From assembly GCA_051530055.1 (NCBI GenBank), contig CM121341.1:14548784-14612783 (forward strand): a stretch of DNA of 64,000 nucleotides. The letters run 5' to 3'. A program made the position numbers and the translations under genes. The notes under the pieces are model-generated. The model was not told the DNA's origin and searched no databases. It saw only the letters and a list, made by a program, of their open reading frames with translations. Of the stretch, positions 23,101 through 36,173 are shown piece after piece (positions within the stretch are counted from its first letter, which is position 1; every line of letters begins with the position of its first letter). This stretch comes from Neoechinorhynchus agilis. Lineage: Eukaryota > Animalia > Acanthocephala.

Positions 23101-24133
23101 CTTTAAATGATCCTTTCTTTTTTTATGGTTTACGCATATCTCATGAATGTAGATGGAAATCGATACGAAATACTTCGATTCGGCACTAACTTACCTCAGA
23201 ATACGGTCTTGCCGTTGAGTGTCAAGTCTACATGCACAACATTTGCCTCAGCATCCACAGGAATTGCTCAATATTGCACTCTTCGGGTAGAAATCACGGC
23301 TACGGACATCAAAGGAATTAGCAACGTCAGTGTTCGAATCGAAATCCCAGATCGATACTCTCATTTATTTAAATACAAAGGAACAGCAACGATGACTGGA
23401 AGTGGAAGCGTTCAGCGATCGACCTCGTCAACAAGATCAAAGACGGTAAGTTCCATGGTACATAATCAAATTTAAGAAAAGTTTAGGACTTCCTTAATCG
23501 GATATTAATTCGATCGGGGAGTATTAGCGGCAATATGGACCGAAGACAGCAACAACGCGATCTTTCGTCTGCTAATCTTCCTCCTTACTATTTCCAAAAA
23601 AGTGTAGGCCGTCCCAAATACGATCCGCACACGAAATCAATTATTTGGAATATTGGAAGTCTACCAAAGCGAGGCGAAGGTTTGCGGAAAATGTCGTCGA
23701 TTTTGAATCTGTTAGTTTGTTAATCTTATGGTCTGGTCATTATTAAGGTCCATTCAAGCCACATCGCCTCATTGTTGGTCTACGTGAGCCGAACATTCGA
23801 TTCGGTGATGATCTTGGACTAATCACAGTCTTTAGTTCGGTGAAAAGAAGTTGCGTGGGAACCGAGTGCCAAGTCCGATCGATTTCCTTTCGATCGCAAT
23901 CATCATGCCGTCCTCATTCTGCCTTAAAGACGTTTGTACGCTATTTTGTTGAGACCAAAAGGGAAACGATAACAGGAGATGAGATTATTACTCAGAAGGA
24001 TGATGATGCACTATCGCTAATGGGCGATTATAATCGACGGCCGCAAAATGTCGTAACAAGAGATTCATCTTCGTCTTCTACTGAGCCCGATGATTCAGAT
24101 CACGAACTTAATTTGCTCGGCGACAGTGAATAA
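20126..24133 (+). CDS. Stonin / stoned-B-like endocytic adaptor (DPF-type motifs, stonin homology domain, mu-homology domain), multi-exon
   Basis: SWFVMVRTP...RSWLKAFVK (SHD), EDVVVKVREE...EIGLN...EVVRREEILP...HCVFRESRLLKYQPV + DGNRYEILRF, GRPKYDPHTKSIIWNIGSLP and VRSISF match the stonin MHD. Confidence 0.75.
22021..23151 (+). other. Stem-closed intervening sequence in stonin (1131 nt), flanked by TGTA direct repeats
   Basis: TCATGAGCTATG (22026-22037) matches the reverse complement of CATATCTCATGA (23135-23146) at 11 of 12 positions. TGTA lies at 22017-22020 and 23148-23151. Removal gives KYQPVDGNRYEILRF. Confidence 0.7.
22264..22945 (-). CDS. Two unassigned antisense ORFs nested in the stonin intervening sequence (possibly one split or frameshifted gene)
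   Basis: ORFs 22706-22945 and 22264-22599. The second frame is open about 27 codons further upstream. No family recognised. Confidence 0.3.
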
Positions 24134-24290
24134 AACTACATTTTCGATTGCAAAAAAAGGTCCACCTTAATGGCATTAACATTTGATGTATCCACAAATA
24201 AAAATATTTCAGCTGAAACTAAGATGCTATTAAATGATATCGACGATCGTTCAACTGCCTTTCGCATACTTTACCTTAGTGGAAATTTAT

Positions 24291-25433
24291 TTAATATTGC
24301 AAAGCGATCATTACATTAATAATTATGTTACTGTTTCTATAACATCTTAAAATGTGAGCATCTATGTCTGTATTCGAAAATTCGCTGCTCATGCTATATG
24401 CCGACAATCTCCTTGAATGATCTAATGCATTAATGCTTACTACTTTCTTATGTGACGTGAAATCTACTATAGATTTTAATCTTGACATTATTTCTTCGCC
24501 TAATAATCCCATATTTACCTTAAATCGCTCATCGATCGTTCTTGCACTGCTGAAGATTTGTGCGCAAGTTTTCACAATTGAATCGCCAAACGCTTCAATG
24601 TCCGATAAATTTATCATGGGTCTTACAAAATTCAACGTAATATTTTCCGGTGACACCACTTTCGACCGTCCACTTTTCTGAATTTGCGGACATTTGAAAT
24701 CAATCAACGTGCCCATCTTGTCCCAACGAGCTTTCTCTTTAGTTCGTTTCTTCACTTTTTTCATTGCTTGTTTTTGTTTGATTGCGTCCCGCGCTGCAAA
24801 TTCACGCTCCAGCTCCTGAAAGAGCTGTTCTGTACTTTTGTCAAAGGTACCAAAGTCATTCAACTTTTTTTCTGATTCTCGCTTGGGATCGGAACTCTGA
24901 CCTAAAGCGTTTTCGTCATCAATATCTACTTTATCTGAACTGTTTGATTGTGTTTCAAATTTAGACGTATCGTGGTGCTTAAACTCTTCATTTTCGGGCC
25001 GCACTTCATGGTCAGATTTGTCAGTTTGTAAGTTAAAACGTTTAATGGGATAATCGTCTTTTTTCGAGTTTTTCGCCGAAGCCATTTTGTTGCTTATATC
25101 GATAAGATGGGAAGATTCAAGAGGACGAATGGGGGTCTGTTTTAGACCACGAATCATTCGCATTTCATCCAGAACAACTTCAGCTTCCTTCAATTGTTTC
25201 TTAACCTGAGAAATCACCACCGATGTTTCCTTTAGATCTTGTAACGTGCCTTTTACGCTCGAAAGTAGTGATTGCACGCTATGAACGGGTTCAAAAATGT
25301 TCACATTTCGGTCGCCAATGGTACGTGATCCATCGAATGAAGACGGCATGACTTGGAAGGAACAAAGGTAATTTGTCGCCGTAAAAAGCTTGAAAATAGT
25401 AACTATAGAAACTTCTGCATGTTGTGCACCCAT
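24291..25433 (-). CDS. Hypothetical protein (charged, coiled-coil-like)
   Basis: 380-aa ORF in AT-rich DNA, convergent with stonin. No motif recognised. Confidence 0.55.
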   Translation of the reverse strand: MGAQHAEVSIVTIFKLFTATNYLCSFQVMPSSFDGSRTIGDRNVNIFEPVHSVQSLLSSVKGTLQDLKETSVVISQVKKQLKEAEVVLDEMRMIRGLKQTPIRPLESSHLIDISNKMASAKNSKKDDYPIKRFNLQTDKSDHEVRPENEEFKHHDTSKFETQSNSSDKVDIDDENALGQSSDPKRESEKKLNDFGTFDKSTEQLFQELEREFAARDAIKQKQAMKKVKKRTKEKARWDKMGTLIDFKCPQIQKSGRSKVVSPENITLNFVRPMINLSDIEAFGDSIVKTCAQIFSSARTIDERFKVNMGLLGEEIMSRLKSIVDFTSHKKVVSINALDHSRRLSAYSMSSEFSNTDIDAHILRCYRNSNIIINVMIALQY

Positions 25434-25619
25434 GTCTTAATCGAATGTAATCAACCTGATATTATTTATTTTAGATAAGGAAACAACTATTATCGGGCCT
25501 GTTAAATGAATAGTTCAAACAAAATTTACGAACCGGTCCACTAAACCAAGGGTACATGAAATATAGCCACAAATAAAAAAATAAACATATACTTAGTAAG
25601 TACTGGTTACTCTACACTC

Positions 25620-26740
25620 CAGGTCCAATATCTGTACATTAATCATGCAACCCCAGTAATCTAAGACTGCGTTTCATCGTTGCAGATGCTGTGTAACAAA
25701 TAAACAACAGCATTTCTCTGAACTGTTCTCTCACCTGAGAGGTCAGCATTGTCGGTTTTCGTCTTTGTTCTCCTTTCCGAGAGTCTTGAGATCTCCGCTC
25801 ACACTGTCCTTCCACCTCTTTTTAGGCCTCCCTTTTCTCCTTTTCCCCTCGAGCTTGATTCTCCATGCGCTCTTCACCCAGGCATCTTGATCTGCTTGTG
25901 TCACCTGCAGGTACCATCGCATCCGCCTCTTAGCGATTGCCTCCTTCATCGGCTCGATAACAAACAGTTTTCGCACCTCCTCATTGGGCACTTGATCCTT
26001 GCGTGTCAATCATGCGGACCATCTCAGCATCCGCATTTCGTTGACGGCTAATCGTTGAGCGTCTTCCTTCTTCATAGTCCACGTCTCTGCTCTGTAGAAC
26101 CATGGCGGGCTTGCTCTTCGAGCTTGTTCGGGAGATGCTTATCGCAAAGGATGCCTGTTGTCTTCCTCCAGTTGTTCCAGCTGCATTGAACTCTTTGTTC
26201 GATCTCTGGTGCGAACTCACAATGCATGTTCAACAGGCTGCCCAAATATTTGAATGTGTTCATCTTTTCGATCTGAGTTCCTTGCATATCGAGGTTACCC
26301 GGCCCCATGTATTTCGTTTTGCACCTGCTCACTCTCAATCCGCTGCTATCTATTCGCTGTCGCCAACTCTCCAGCAAATTCCTGAGTGTGTCCACGTCCA
26401 TATCTGTGAGCACCAAATCGTCCATGGTGCGTTCATTTCTCTTCCCGCATTTCTTAGGACGTCTATCACGATCGTGAACAAGAATGGACTCAGGGCCGAA
26501 CCCTGTTGCAGACCGACGAAGACTCGGAAATAGTCGGTGATAACGCTGTGGCATCGCACGCAGGTGTAGCATTCTCGATACATCGCTTGGATCGCGGCGG
26601 CATGGTGTTGGTTTCAATATGCTTCCCTGCCATTCCGACGGGATCTTTTCCTCCATATCTATCTTCTAAAAGAGCATCGTGAGCAACTTTATTCCGAAGA
26701 CGCCCAGGGATTGCCACAGCTCGATCGGAATGTTATCTGG
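25620..26740 (-). mobile_element. Degenerate RTE-clade LINE (RT and C-terminal region)
   Basis: Frameshifted VGLQQGSALSPFLFTIVIDV, GLRVSRCKTKYM, FKYLGS and RKDQVPNEEVR...RRMRWY...GKRRKGRPKKRW. Confidence 0.88.
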
Positions 26741-26929
26741 ACCGGCGCTCCTACAAGTCTTCATTTTCCTGAGCTGTGCAGCCAATTCATACAAATATAG
26801 TCTTGAATTTAAACGAACCAAATGTCTATTAAATTCCCAAGATTATGATATCAAAATACAATAAATTATTAGTACCGAGCAAAAATTTACACATAAATGA
26901 GGGTCTTAACTTCTTTCTTGTTTTCTATT

Positions 26930-27960
26930 CTTTATTTCGTTCACAGCGTTTTAAAGCTCCAGGATTTACTGGGGACAATTGTCGCTCATCCGTTTGTGAA
27001 CAATCGTTTTCGGACGGATGGCCCCTGGTTTTCTACGTGTCTAGTATCATTGGAATAATCTGGACGATTACATGGGCACTTCTGGCCAGATCGCGACCAG
27101 AAGATCACCACTTTATCTCAAAACAAGAACTTGAGTATATTTGCTTCAAAAAACCAATTTCCAAAACAAGTGGCGAAGCTCCAAAAGTTCCATCCAAGGC
27201 CATATTAACATCAATCCCTTGTTGGGAATGTTTACATCCCATTTTTTCAAAGCTGTTGGATTTTTTACTCTTCTAGCAAACATAAGTACGTACAGCAAGA
27301 ACGTTATGAATTTCAACGTAAAGAAAAGCGGATTTTTGAGTTTCGAGTCCTACATCTTCCACTGGCTATTTACTCTGATCAGCGTAGTAATGTGTGATAA
27401 ACTTATTAACGCCGGAACAATATATCATACAATGGCACGAAAAGTTTTTACAGCACTCGGAAACTTTCTACCTGGAATTTTCACATTCCTTACAGGATTT
27501 GTGACTGCTAAAACAACTTGGGACGGTACCCTGCTGTTTACGCTGGTCTTGGCGACGACAGGATTCAATACAGGATGTGGATTGTCTTGCGACATGGCAC
27601 CAATATTTGCTGGCATAATCTGGGATATTTCTAACACGTTTGGAATCTTGCCTGGAGTATTGTGCCCGGCAATGGTCGGTGTGATAGTGAAAGATGGATT
27701 GATACGACAGCGGCGCATTGTATTTAGCATTTGCGCCGTTTGTTACTTTATTTCGGAATTATCCTATATATTGACGGGAGACGCGGCCATGGGCTCTCGA
27801 TAAGGACGAAATCGATATTGATGAACTGGAACTCGACGAGTGTTGATCATATCAGTAACCAGAAGTTTGTTGTGTAATTTTGGCAACATCATTCGCAGCC
27901 AAAATGAGTCCAGTGCTAATGTTTATTGTTCGATTTTTTCTTTGATTTCTTGCAAGCGCC
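26930..27960 (+). pseudogene. SLC17/sialin-like MFS transporter pseudogene (copy 1), followed by a short N-terminal fragment
   Basis: GWPLVFY...SRPEDHHFISKQELEYI, ILTSIPCW, then a 1-nt frameshift to GFFTLL...MAPIFAGIIWDISNTFGILPG. Confidence 0.8.
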
Positions 27961-28660
27961 AACTGGGCTGCACTCGATATCCTACGAATACATCTCGATA
28001 TCTTATGAAAAGAATATATCACATTCAAGGAGATGCTCAGCAGGCGAGGAATAGCGACAAAAACGAGATGCATTTTCAGAAGTAAAGAGCAACAAATGAT
28101 GTAAATGTTTAGCGAGAAGCTGGGCCGGAGGTGAAATCTCTGCGATATACAGGACATAAACGAAGGGGGAAGAGAGCCAAATCAAAAGCGTCGATGACCA
28201 AGATGGAGCCTCGCTGTCCAGAAGACGACTTGAGTGACGTCCAAAAAGGGAATCTGATCTGAGCCGAGAATACTTTCAATGAAGCAATATAAACAGCGAA
28301 CGCAAATGAAGCATAGAAAACGAGAGTCTAGTGATCGTGATTCCAAGTGAAAAACCGGTAACGAAGAGCAACAAGATTGCTACAGAGAGCGTTCAAGGAG
28401 GGAGCGCGGTGGCCCAAACAAATGCATCCTCGAACATTCGACAAATATTTTTGCATAAGCCCAAACAAAATAATACGGAGAAACTTCAGCCAGAAACGAG
28501 GAGGCCTTTGGTCGGTGGTGAATGCGTTCATTACCCATTTGTAAAGGAGAAGATTAAAAACATTGTGATGACCGTAAAGCACAGCGAGGGTCCGAAACGA
28601 ACGATGAATCTGAAAACTACCAGAAGCGTCCATTAAGGCAACACGGTGACCCCAACGCAA
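26990..28660 (+). repeat. Segmental duplication of about 1.65 kb, second copy at ~36530-38200
   Basis: Near-identical sequence and the same ORF set (220, 101, 81 aa etc.) at an offset of about 9535 bp. Confidence 0.93.
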
Positions 28661-29199
28661 GTGTCGATTTTCAAGAGTAAGCTCTGCAACATAGCTTATT
28701 TCATTCTTCGAGGTTGACTTTTCGTTATACTCTGGGAAGCAATAAATTTAGATTAGAAATACATAAGATATAACACTAAAGTTAGTGGGCTTCCCAGGGA
28801 AAAAGTCTTAGAGAGTATCGTTCAATTCAATTCTGAGCTTACTCCATTCTTGGAGGCTGTCCTTTCTCTTTGCTCAGGGAAGCAATAAATTCAGGCTACG
28901 AATTCCTCCTTTATAACAGAAACGTTGGTTGGCTCTCTAGGCAAAAAATCTTAAAGCGGGTAGTTCAATTCAATGCTTAGCGGCAGAGTTTGTATATTCT
29001 GTAATTGTTTCGAGGGGTCCAGTGTTTTTGAGCCACGCTGCAGATTCTGAGGGATGCACAAAACTGATAACCGTTAGGTTTAGGATCTTTAGCGCAGATC
29101 AGAACTTCCCTGAACAAATTGGTTGGCTGTTTGCCCAAGGGAAATTATAAGCCATGTAAGGGTGATGTTCACAACACTAAGATAATAAAATGTAATTGG

Positions 29200-29960
29200 C
29201 TATCAAAACATAAGATAAAATAATTCAATACTTGCACCAGGCACAAAATGGCAGAGTTTGCACATTGCGGAATAGTTTCAAGGTGGTCTAGTGGACTTAA
29301 GAGCCGAATATCTGTTTATGGATGGCAAAAGGGTTCATAATTTATCATCGCCAGTGGCTCATAACCGAACGGGATGCCTCTGAAGGGAGGAAAAATCTCA
29401 TTGATGAGTCCATCCTCCCCGGGAGGTATCTGAGAATCTGGACGGAATATACAAAACTCTTTGCCGTCTATCCAAACATAAGATAAAATAATTCAATACT
29501 TGTCCCAGGCACAAAATGGCAGAGTTTGTACATTCCGGAATAGTTTCAGGGTGGTCTAGTGGACTTAAGAGCCGAATATCTGTTTATGGATGGCAAAAGG
29601 GTTCATAATTTATCATCGCCAATGGCTCATAACCAAAGGGGATGCCGCTGAAGGGAGGAAAAATCTCATTGATGAGTCCATCCTCATCGGGAGTTTTCTG
29701 AGAATCTGGACGGAATATACAAAACTCTTTGCCGTCTATCCAAACATAAGATAAAATAATTCAATACTTGCCCCAAGCACAAAATGGCAGAGTTTGCACA
29801 TTGCGGAATAGTTTCAAGGTGGTCTAGTGGACATGAGAGCCGAATCCCTGTTTCTGGGTGGTAAAGGCATTTAAAATCCATCATCGCCGATGGTTCGTAA
29901 CCAAAGAAAAGAAACCTTGAGTTATCTGAGAATCCTGAGGTATGTATAAACTTATATCCG
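29200..29960. repeat. Second locus of the 268-bp tandem repeat family
   Basis: The unit found at 12.5-13.2 kb recurs at 29349 and 29617 (268 apart). Confidence 0.92.
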
Positions 29961-30085
29961 CACATTCATTTTTCATTGAGCGTTGACCAGCGCTTCCGTG
30001 ACCGAAATCAGTGGGTTGTGTGTTCAAGATTCAGCCGTGTATGATAAAAAAAATCATCACCTTATACTTCTCGATAAAAATTATT

Positions 30086-31165
30086 TATTTGCCTATCGAA
30101 TTCAATGAACTCTGCTGTCATTTACTTCGATTTCTACTTGGAAAATAAATACTCCTTGGATGTCGGAACTCGATTACAAAAGTGAGCGTTTCAACAGTTG
30201 AGATTTTACTTTCAGTGTTAACCCCGAGATTTCGTAAACTGATTTCGTGCATTCTTAAGTCCAATCCTGCGAGAACTAATACTTTAAAGTACATATCTTT
30301 AAAAGCAGAAGCTGAATGTTTCAAAAAAGATTCAAAATTATGTGGAGAGAGCCTTCTCGATATCACGCCTTAAATGAATATTAGCGCACCCTTTGAATTT
30401 GCCATTGTCCCCGTCTGAGCTTGAAAAAGTCGATAAACAACAGAGCTGCACAATACCTACCTAGAAATCATTATTTGGATAAACATAGTGGACACTTGCT
30501 GTAGATTTCTGGTTGAGGACAGGATCGATTCACTGAGATTGTAATCTTCGCAGAGCAGTTAAAGAAGTCCCTTAATTTGCGAAGATCTTAGGACTAAATA
30601 CGAACAAATCGTAAAGTTAACATGTAAAAATAAATTGGTTTCATCGCTGAACTTAATCGTTCCAGTCATAAAAATCTTTGTCGTTAACCTTTTTACTAAA
30701 GTTGGTTTATTTTAATCGGATTTGAGATTCAACGCCAATGTTTCGAACGAAATATCGAAATGAAGTTGACCTGTTGCTGCAATTAAAGTCATCTCCTCTT
30801 ATTTTTCACTAAATAATTGACAGCTTAGTCGTATTCATGCTTTTCATTTTGCAATACGATATTGGTAAGTTTTTCTTTACTTTTGCTAGTGCGCTAATGG
30901 CTCTCTTCACATAATTTTGAATCTTTTTTGAAACATTCAGCTTCTGCTTTTAACGATATGTACTTTAAGGTATTAGTTCTCGCAGGATTGGACTTGAGAA
31001 TGCACGGAATCAGTTTACGAAATCTCGGGGTTAACACTAAAAGTAAAATCTTAACTGTTGAAACGCTCATTTTTGCAATCGAGTTCCGACATCCAAGGAG
31101 TATTTATTTTCCAAGTAGAAATCGAAGTAAATGACAGCAAACTTCATTGAATTCGATAGGCAAAT
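30086..31165. repeat. Long inverted repeat, ~270-bp arms and ~545-bp spacer (foldback/TIR-like)
   Basis: 30086-30355 is the reverse complement of about 30899-31165 with scattered substitutions. The ORF track shows the same peptide on both strands. Confidence 0.88.
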
Positions 31166-31691
31166 AGGTCTTCCAATGATATCGAGATTACCAATCACAA
31201 AAACAAATATTACTTTCGCATGTATCGCCAAGCAAATCCAGCAGACTATTCAAGGATTTGATTCCTTTTTATTTTTAGCTGACTTTTATGTATGCTTGCT
31301 GTACGTTCTATCGAAAGCAATTCGTTTAATGCACATGCAATTAGAATTTTACTTTTATTTTGCAGCTGATTCTAGTGCACAGTTGCCCGTCGAACTTATA
31401 GCTTATCATTACTTTAAAATTTAATGAATAAAAAGGCTGACCTTTTAATTCTTTTGTGAGAGAAATAATGAAAAAACTCGTAGTTAAAGCTTTGCTTGCA
31501 GACGATTAAGTGGATAAGATATCGAATAAGATTTCTTTTCTTATTTTCTTTAAGGATCGGTGGCAAGACATAGCACTCAACAGCTTTTATTCGATTTTTT
31601 AAAACTTACATCCTTGAAATTCGAAATTCATTCTATAAACAGTAGGCACAAATACTCATATGAGGGATTAGCAAGTTTATTTTAAACATAA

Positions 31692-32682
31692 TTACGGTTG
31701 CGGCTCTTCCTTCAAATACTCATAAGAATAAGGACAATATCGTTTTCCATAGAAATTTAACAAACTTTCTGGTGAGGCACCGGTCATTGTGATTTTCTTT
31801 GTCATTAAATTGTACAAATGAATAGCAATTGTTCGATTATTGATTTTTTCAACAAGAGTTGCCTGCTTGTTTACATCAGCAAATAGGACGTTCTTTGCTT
31901 CATAATATTGAATTGGATAAAACGTATCTTCGCCGAATATGAACGGTGAATCATAGTTCATTTTTTTAAGAACGCCAGTAATGAGTGTTGGTCCAACGCT
32001 TGTCCATTTATTCGGATGATAAAAGTTCTTAACCGATCGTAGAACTACCTTTATCCACCGCACTTTGGTCCTACAAACCTGGATAATTGCATTGCACAAA
32101 AACTCTTTTGATTCCTTGCCAATAAAATCAAATACGGGTAGTGGTTTAATACTAATAAAATCAGTATCCATGTAAGCGCCGCCGTTTTCATAAAGGATTT
32201 TATATCGGAACAAATCACTTAGCTGAGCGTAGGGAAATTATTTTCAGACCAGTAAGAGACGCTGAAAATAAATATAATATATATGCTATTGGAGAAGAAT
32301 GATCAAATATCGAAGAAAACCATATTCCGACGATCTTATCCTTGCAAAGTGTTTCTGAAATATTAATCTTTATATACTCCAAATTAGAAAATCTTGATTT
32401 TAGATTTATAAGATGATGCAGGTAAGAACTCTCGTTTACTTTTGAATCAAAATATACCATGATTTTCCGGGTTGGGTTTTGCAAAGCAGTTGATTCGACG
32501 GCGCAGCTCATACGTTTGTTCCATTTGCCACTTGTATGAACAAAATGAATGGCTGTCCCGTTGACATTATTCGAAGGACAATAAATAATAGCGATCGCAA
32601 TTACAGCAAATATTAGATAGAAGATGCGAATAGTTAATAGAGTTTGTCGTCGGATTAAGACACGGACCGTTGTACCGTTCAT
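31692..32682 (-). CDS. Alpha-1,4-glycosyltransferase (A4GALT/A4GNT-like, GT32, DXD motif), interrupted near 32238-32289
   Basis: TM anchor, RMSCAVESTALQNP, then after a frame break AQLSDLFRY...GGAYMDTDFI, WTSVGPTLIT, FYPI and IAIHLYN. Confidence 0.8.
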
Positions 32683-33199
32683 AAAGTAAGAATAAATGGC
32701 TTAAAAAAAGAAGAATTGAAGTTATGGCAAAAACTCCTAGACGGGAAAAGTGAACGAATCAAAAAGACATTTCACGGTGCATGATTCACTAAATACGAAA
32801 AAAGCGAAAGGAGCATATCTTTATTTCTCACGTCCACTCACGTCAACTCACATTTAATAGCAGCGTGTAAAGACATCTGAGCGCGGTTTAAAAGTAACAC
32901 GTACAGAACACATTTATTCGCCGTTCAAACGCGAGTATTCCTACAGAGAATGTCTTGCGAGTTACTAAAAAACGTGGAATTCGATTCAAAAGCTTTTCAT
33001 AGGAAATTGGACGAAAATGTTGACGTTTCGAACTTCCAATGTTTACGAGAAACTACCAACTGGTGGCCCGTGTGACCCGAATTATAAATTGGCACAGCAT
33101 ACAAAAATTAAGCACGAATTGGTAGTCCGATTTATATGTTTGTATTGTTCAGACAACGTGAAGAAATTTCGGTCTCTTGTGCCGCACTGCTTAACAAGG

Positions 33200-34140
33200 A
33201 AACTCAATTCCGATGCGGAACTGACCTTCCTGATTGTTCCAAAGGAATGCTTCGAGATAGATTATCCTTTTTGCTAACGGAATCGAATTTCACGTTCGAA
33301 TTCTGCTCTACGACCCATCCTGGGAAGGCAAGCATCAATCTACCAATTGTACACTTGGAGAGCCAACATAGAATCAGAGTTCTTTTCAGATGCTATTGCA
33401 CGCTATGCCCAGCTTGTAGTTATCAATTACCGAAGCTCGTCAAAACGCCAAGTCATCAAATGGACCCGAGCGTTGCCACTGTTTCCTGTGCGGTAAATCT
33501 GTTCAATCGGTTATGACCGAAATATTTTACCATTTTGGCCTTGGTCTCCAAGGCACGTTGGGCTTGCGAAATAAAGCAGCGCTTACGCTACTTTGTGTTG
33601 GCCGTTTAATCAAGACGTCCAGGAACGGAATCTCTCCTTCGTCATTTTCGTTATTAACGGTTCACTGAATGTGCGGATCTTGACTGTTCAATGCGGCCTT
33701 AAGTGATTCGCTGCTGTCGTTAACTTCAATGAGAATGAACACACCATCCACACATACCGCCACCACCGATTAACATCCTTATGATGTGCCAAGAAAGCGG
33801 ACTCCCACTCTCGCATGTAGATGTGAGCTAAGGTCGGAGCTAATGGTGATTCCATGGCTACTCTATTTGTTTGATCGATGAATGTCCCTTCGAATTCAAT
33901 AGCGGTCATCCTTGTTTACCATTGAATTAGTGAATGCCATGTTGCGAGGTCCAAACGCGGTGAGGGACATTGGTGAAAAGAGCGTTCACGTCGGCCGTAA
34001 ACATCCTGTATTGATCGACGTTAAGTTAACTCATCTCAGGCGCAAACGTATTGCCGTCCTTATTGTACGAAACGCAGGCTGATAAAAGCGATCTTGATAA
34101 AGCGTTGATATTTTGGATAAACGGTAATCGAAACACATAT
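33200..34140 (-). mobile_element. Degenerate Penelope-like element RT fragment (left boundary approximate)
   Basis: Minus-strand motifs ADVNALFTNVP (~33965-34005) and DQTNRVAMESPLAPTLAHIYM...WWRYV match PLE RT DVxSLFTNVP, GVAMGSPL and WxRYVDD. Confidence 0.75.
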
Positions 34141-34158
34141 AATTGGCGATGATTGGAC

Positions 34159-34863
<705 letters not shown>

Positions 34864-36173
34864 AATTTATCGATGAGGGCGATTTTATGTGCGTAATTAC
34901 CGAACCCAATTACATCAACCCACGATCCCAACTAATTACAGTGCTGAATTTCTCGTATAGGACTTTCCTTAAATGTCAGTTTAAAACAATTTTTTAAACA
35001 GTTCAAATCTAAGTTAGGCAAACAGCGACATGCAAAATCTAGATTTCGTCCAGTGTTACAAACATATTGTGGTATTGGGCTACACGCTCACAAATAATTT
35101 GCCAATCTGTGCTGATCTGAATAAATTGAAGAAGATGCTGAAAACTGCCAGGGATTAGACCGTCCGGGCTGACAGACGCGGACTTGGTTTGACAGAAACT
35201 AAAGCAAAATCGAATTCCTGGGCTTTACTGGTCTGATTTTCTATTCTAGAGGCAAACCACCAAACCTGCATCAGAAATTCTACTGCATTTTCATGAATTG
35301 CCTAGCAAACTCTCATGCAAGTGGTCAAACACGTTAGACTGGGCCACTAAAGTCAGCATCTGGAACCATTCTGCGTGGCATCTCCACCCTGATATCCTCT
35401 TTATGGTTTTCCACCGAATAATCATTTTTGCTGAGTTATTTACAACCCTGAACTTGAAGATATCATTAACCTGTAAGAGGCAAACTTGAATAATTTACAA
35501 GTTGTTTTGACACAAAAACAAATGTTTAAATTCCTTTTACAGTTTCAAATGTGATCCAAATGCTTAAGATCCCAATTCGTAATCGAAATGGAGATTGTCA
35601 TCTAGCAATGTTCATCATTTATGTTCATCTGCGAAAAGATTTGCTTAAGTAGCTCGAAAGTGACAGATGGATTGGGTGGGGCATCCGAACGAGATCACCA
35701 ATCTCAAAGATGAATGTGAATCCGCTTTGCAAGAAATCACCTTAGATGGATTTGATCACTGAGATTTCAGAAAATGTTCTCACGTCTATATGCTCTTTGC
35801 AATCTTTTTAATTGAGTTAAGTCCTTTTTCTAGGGGCGCAATTCTTTGAGCGTTTCTAACACGAGCTCTTTACCATAACTATGACTTTGTTTCTATAGTC
35901 AAACCCTCATTTGTATAATAAGCATAAATCGTTTAATCGTATCGGACTTAATTTTATTAATAACACTTTAGTTTTCACGGCAATCACTTCATTTTACAGA
36001 GATAAGAGCGATGATTACATCGGTATATCAAAATCAAGCTCAGAACTCTTTACGGAGATTTCCTGTAGACTCGCATTTATAGATGGATCAACAAAAACGC
36101 TCCTGCTTCTCGACTCTATGCTTGGTTGTTAACTATCTCCAACGCCTAAATCTTACTCAGGTGATTGTTAGCA

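Noticed and set aside
34870-35900. Possible LTR-retrotransposon integrase remnant (PDADFSGP-like peptide on the minus strand)
   Set aside because: One short motif amid many stops is not enough to support a call.
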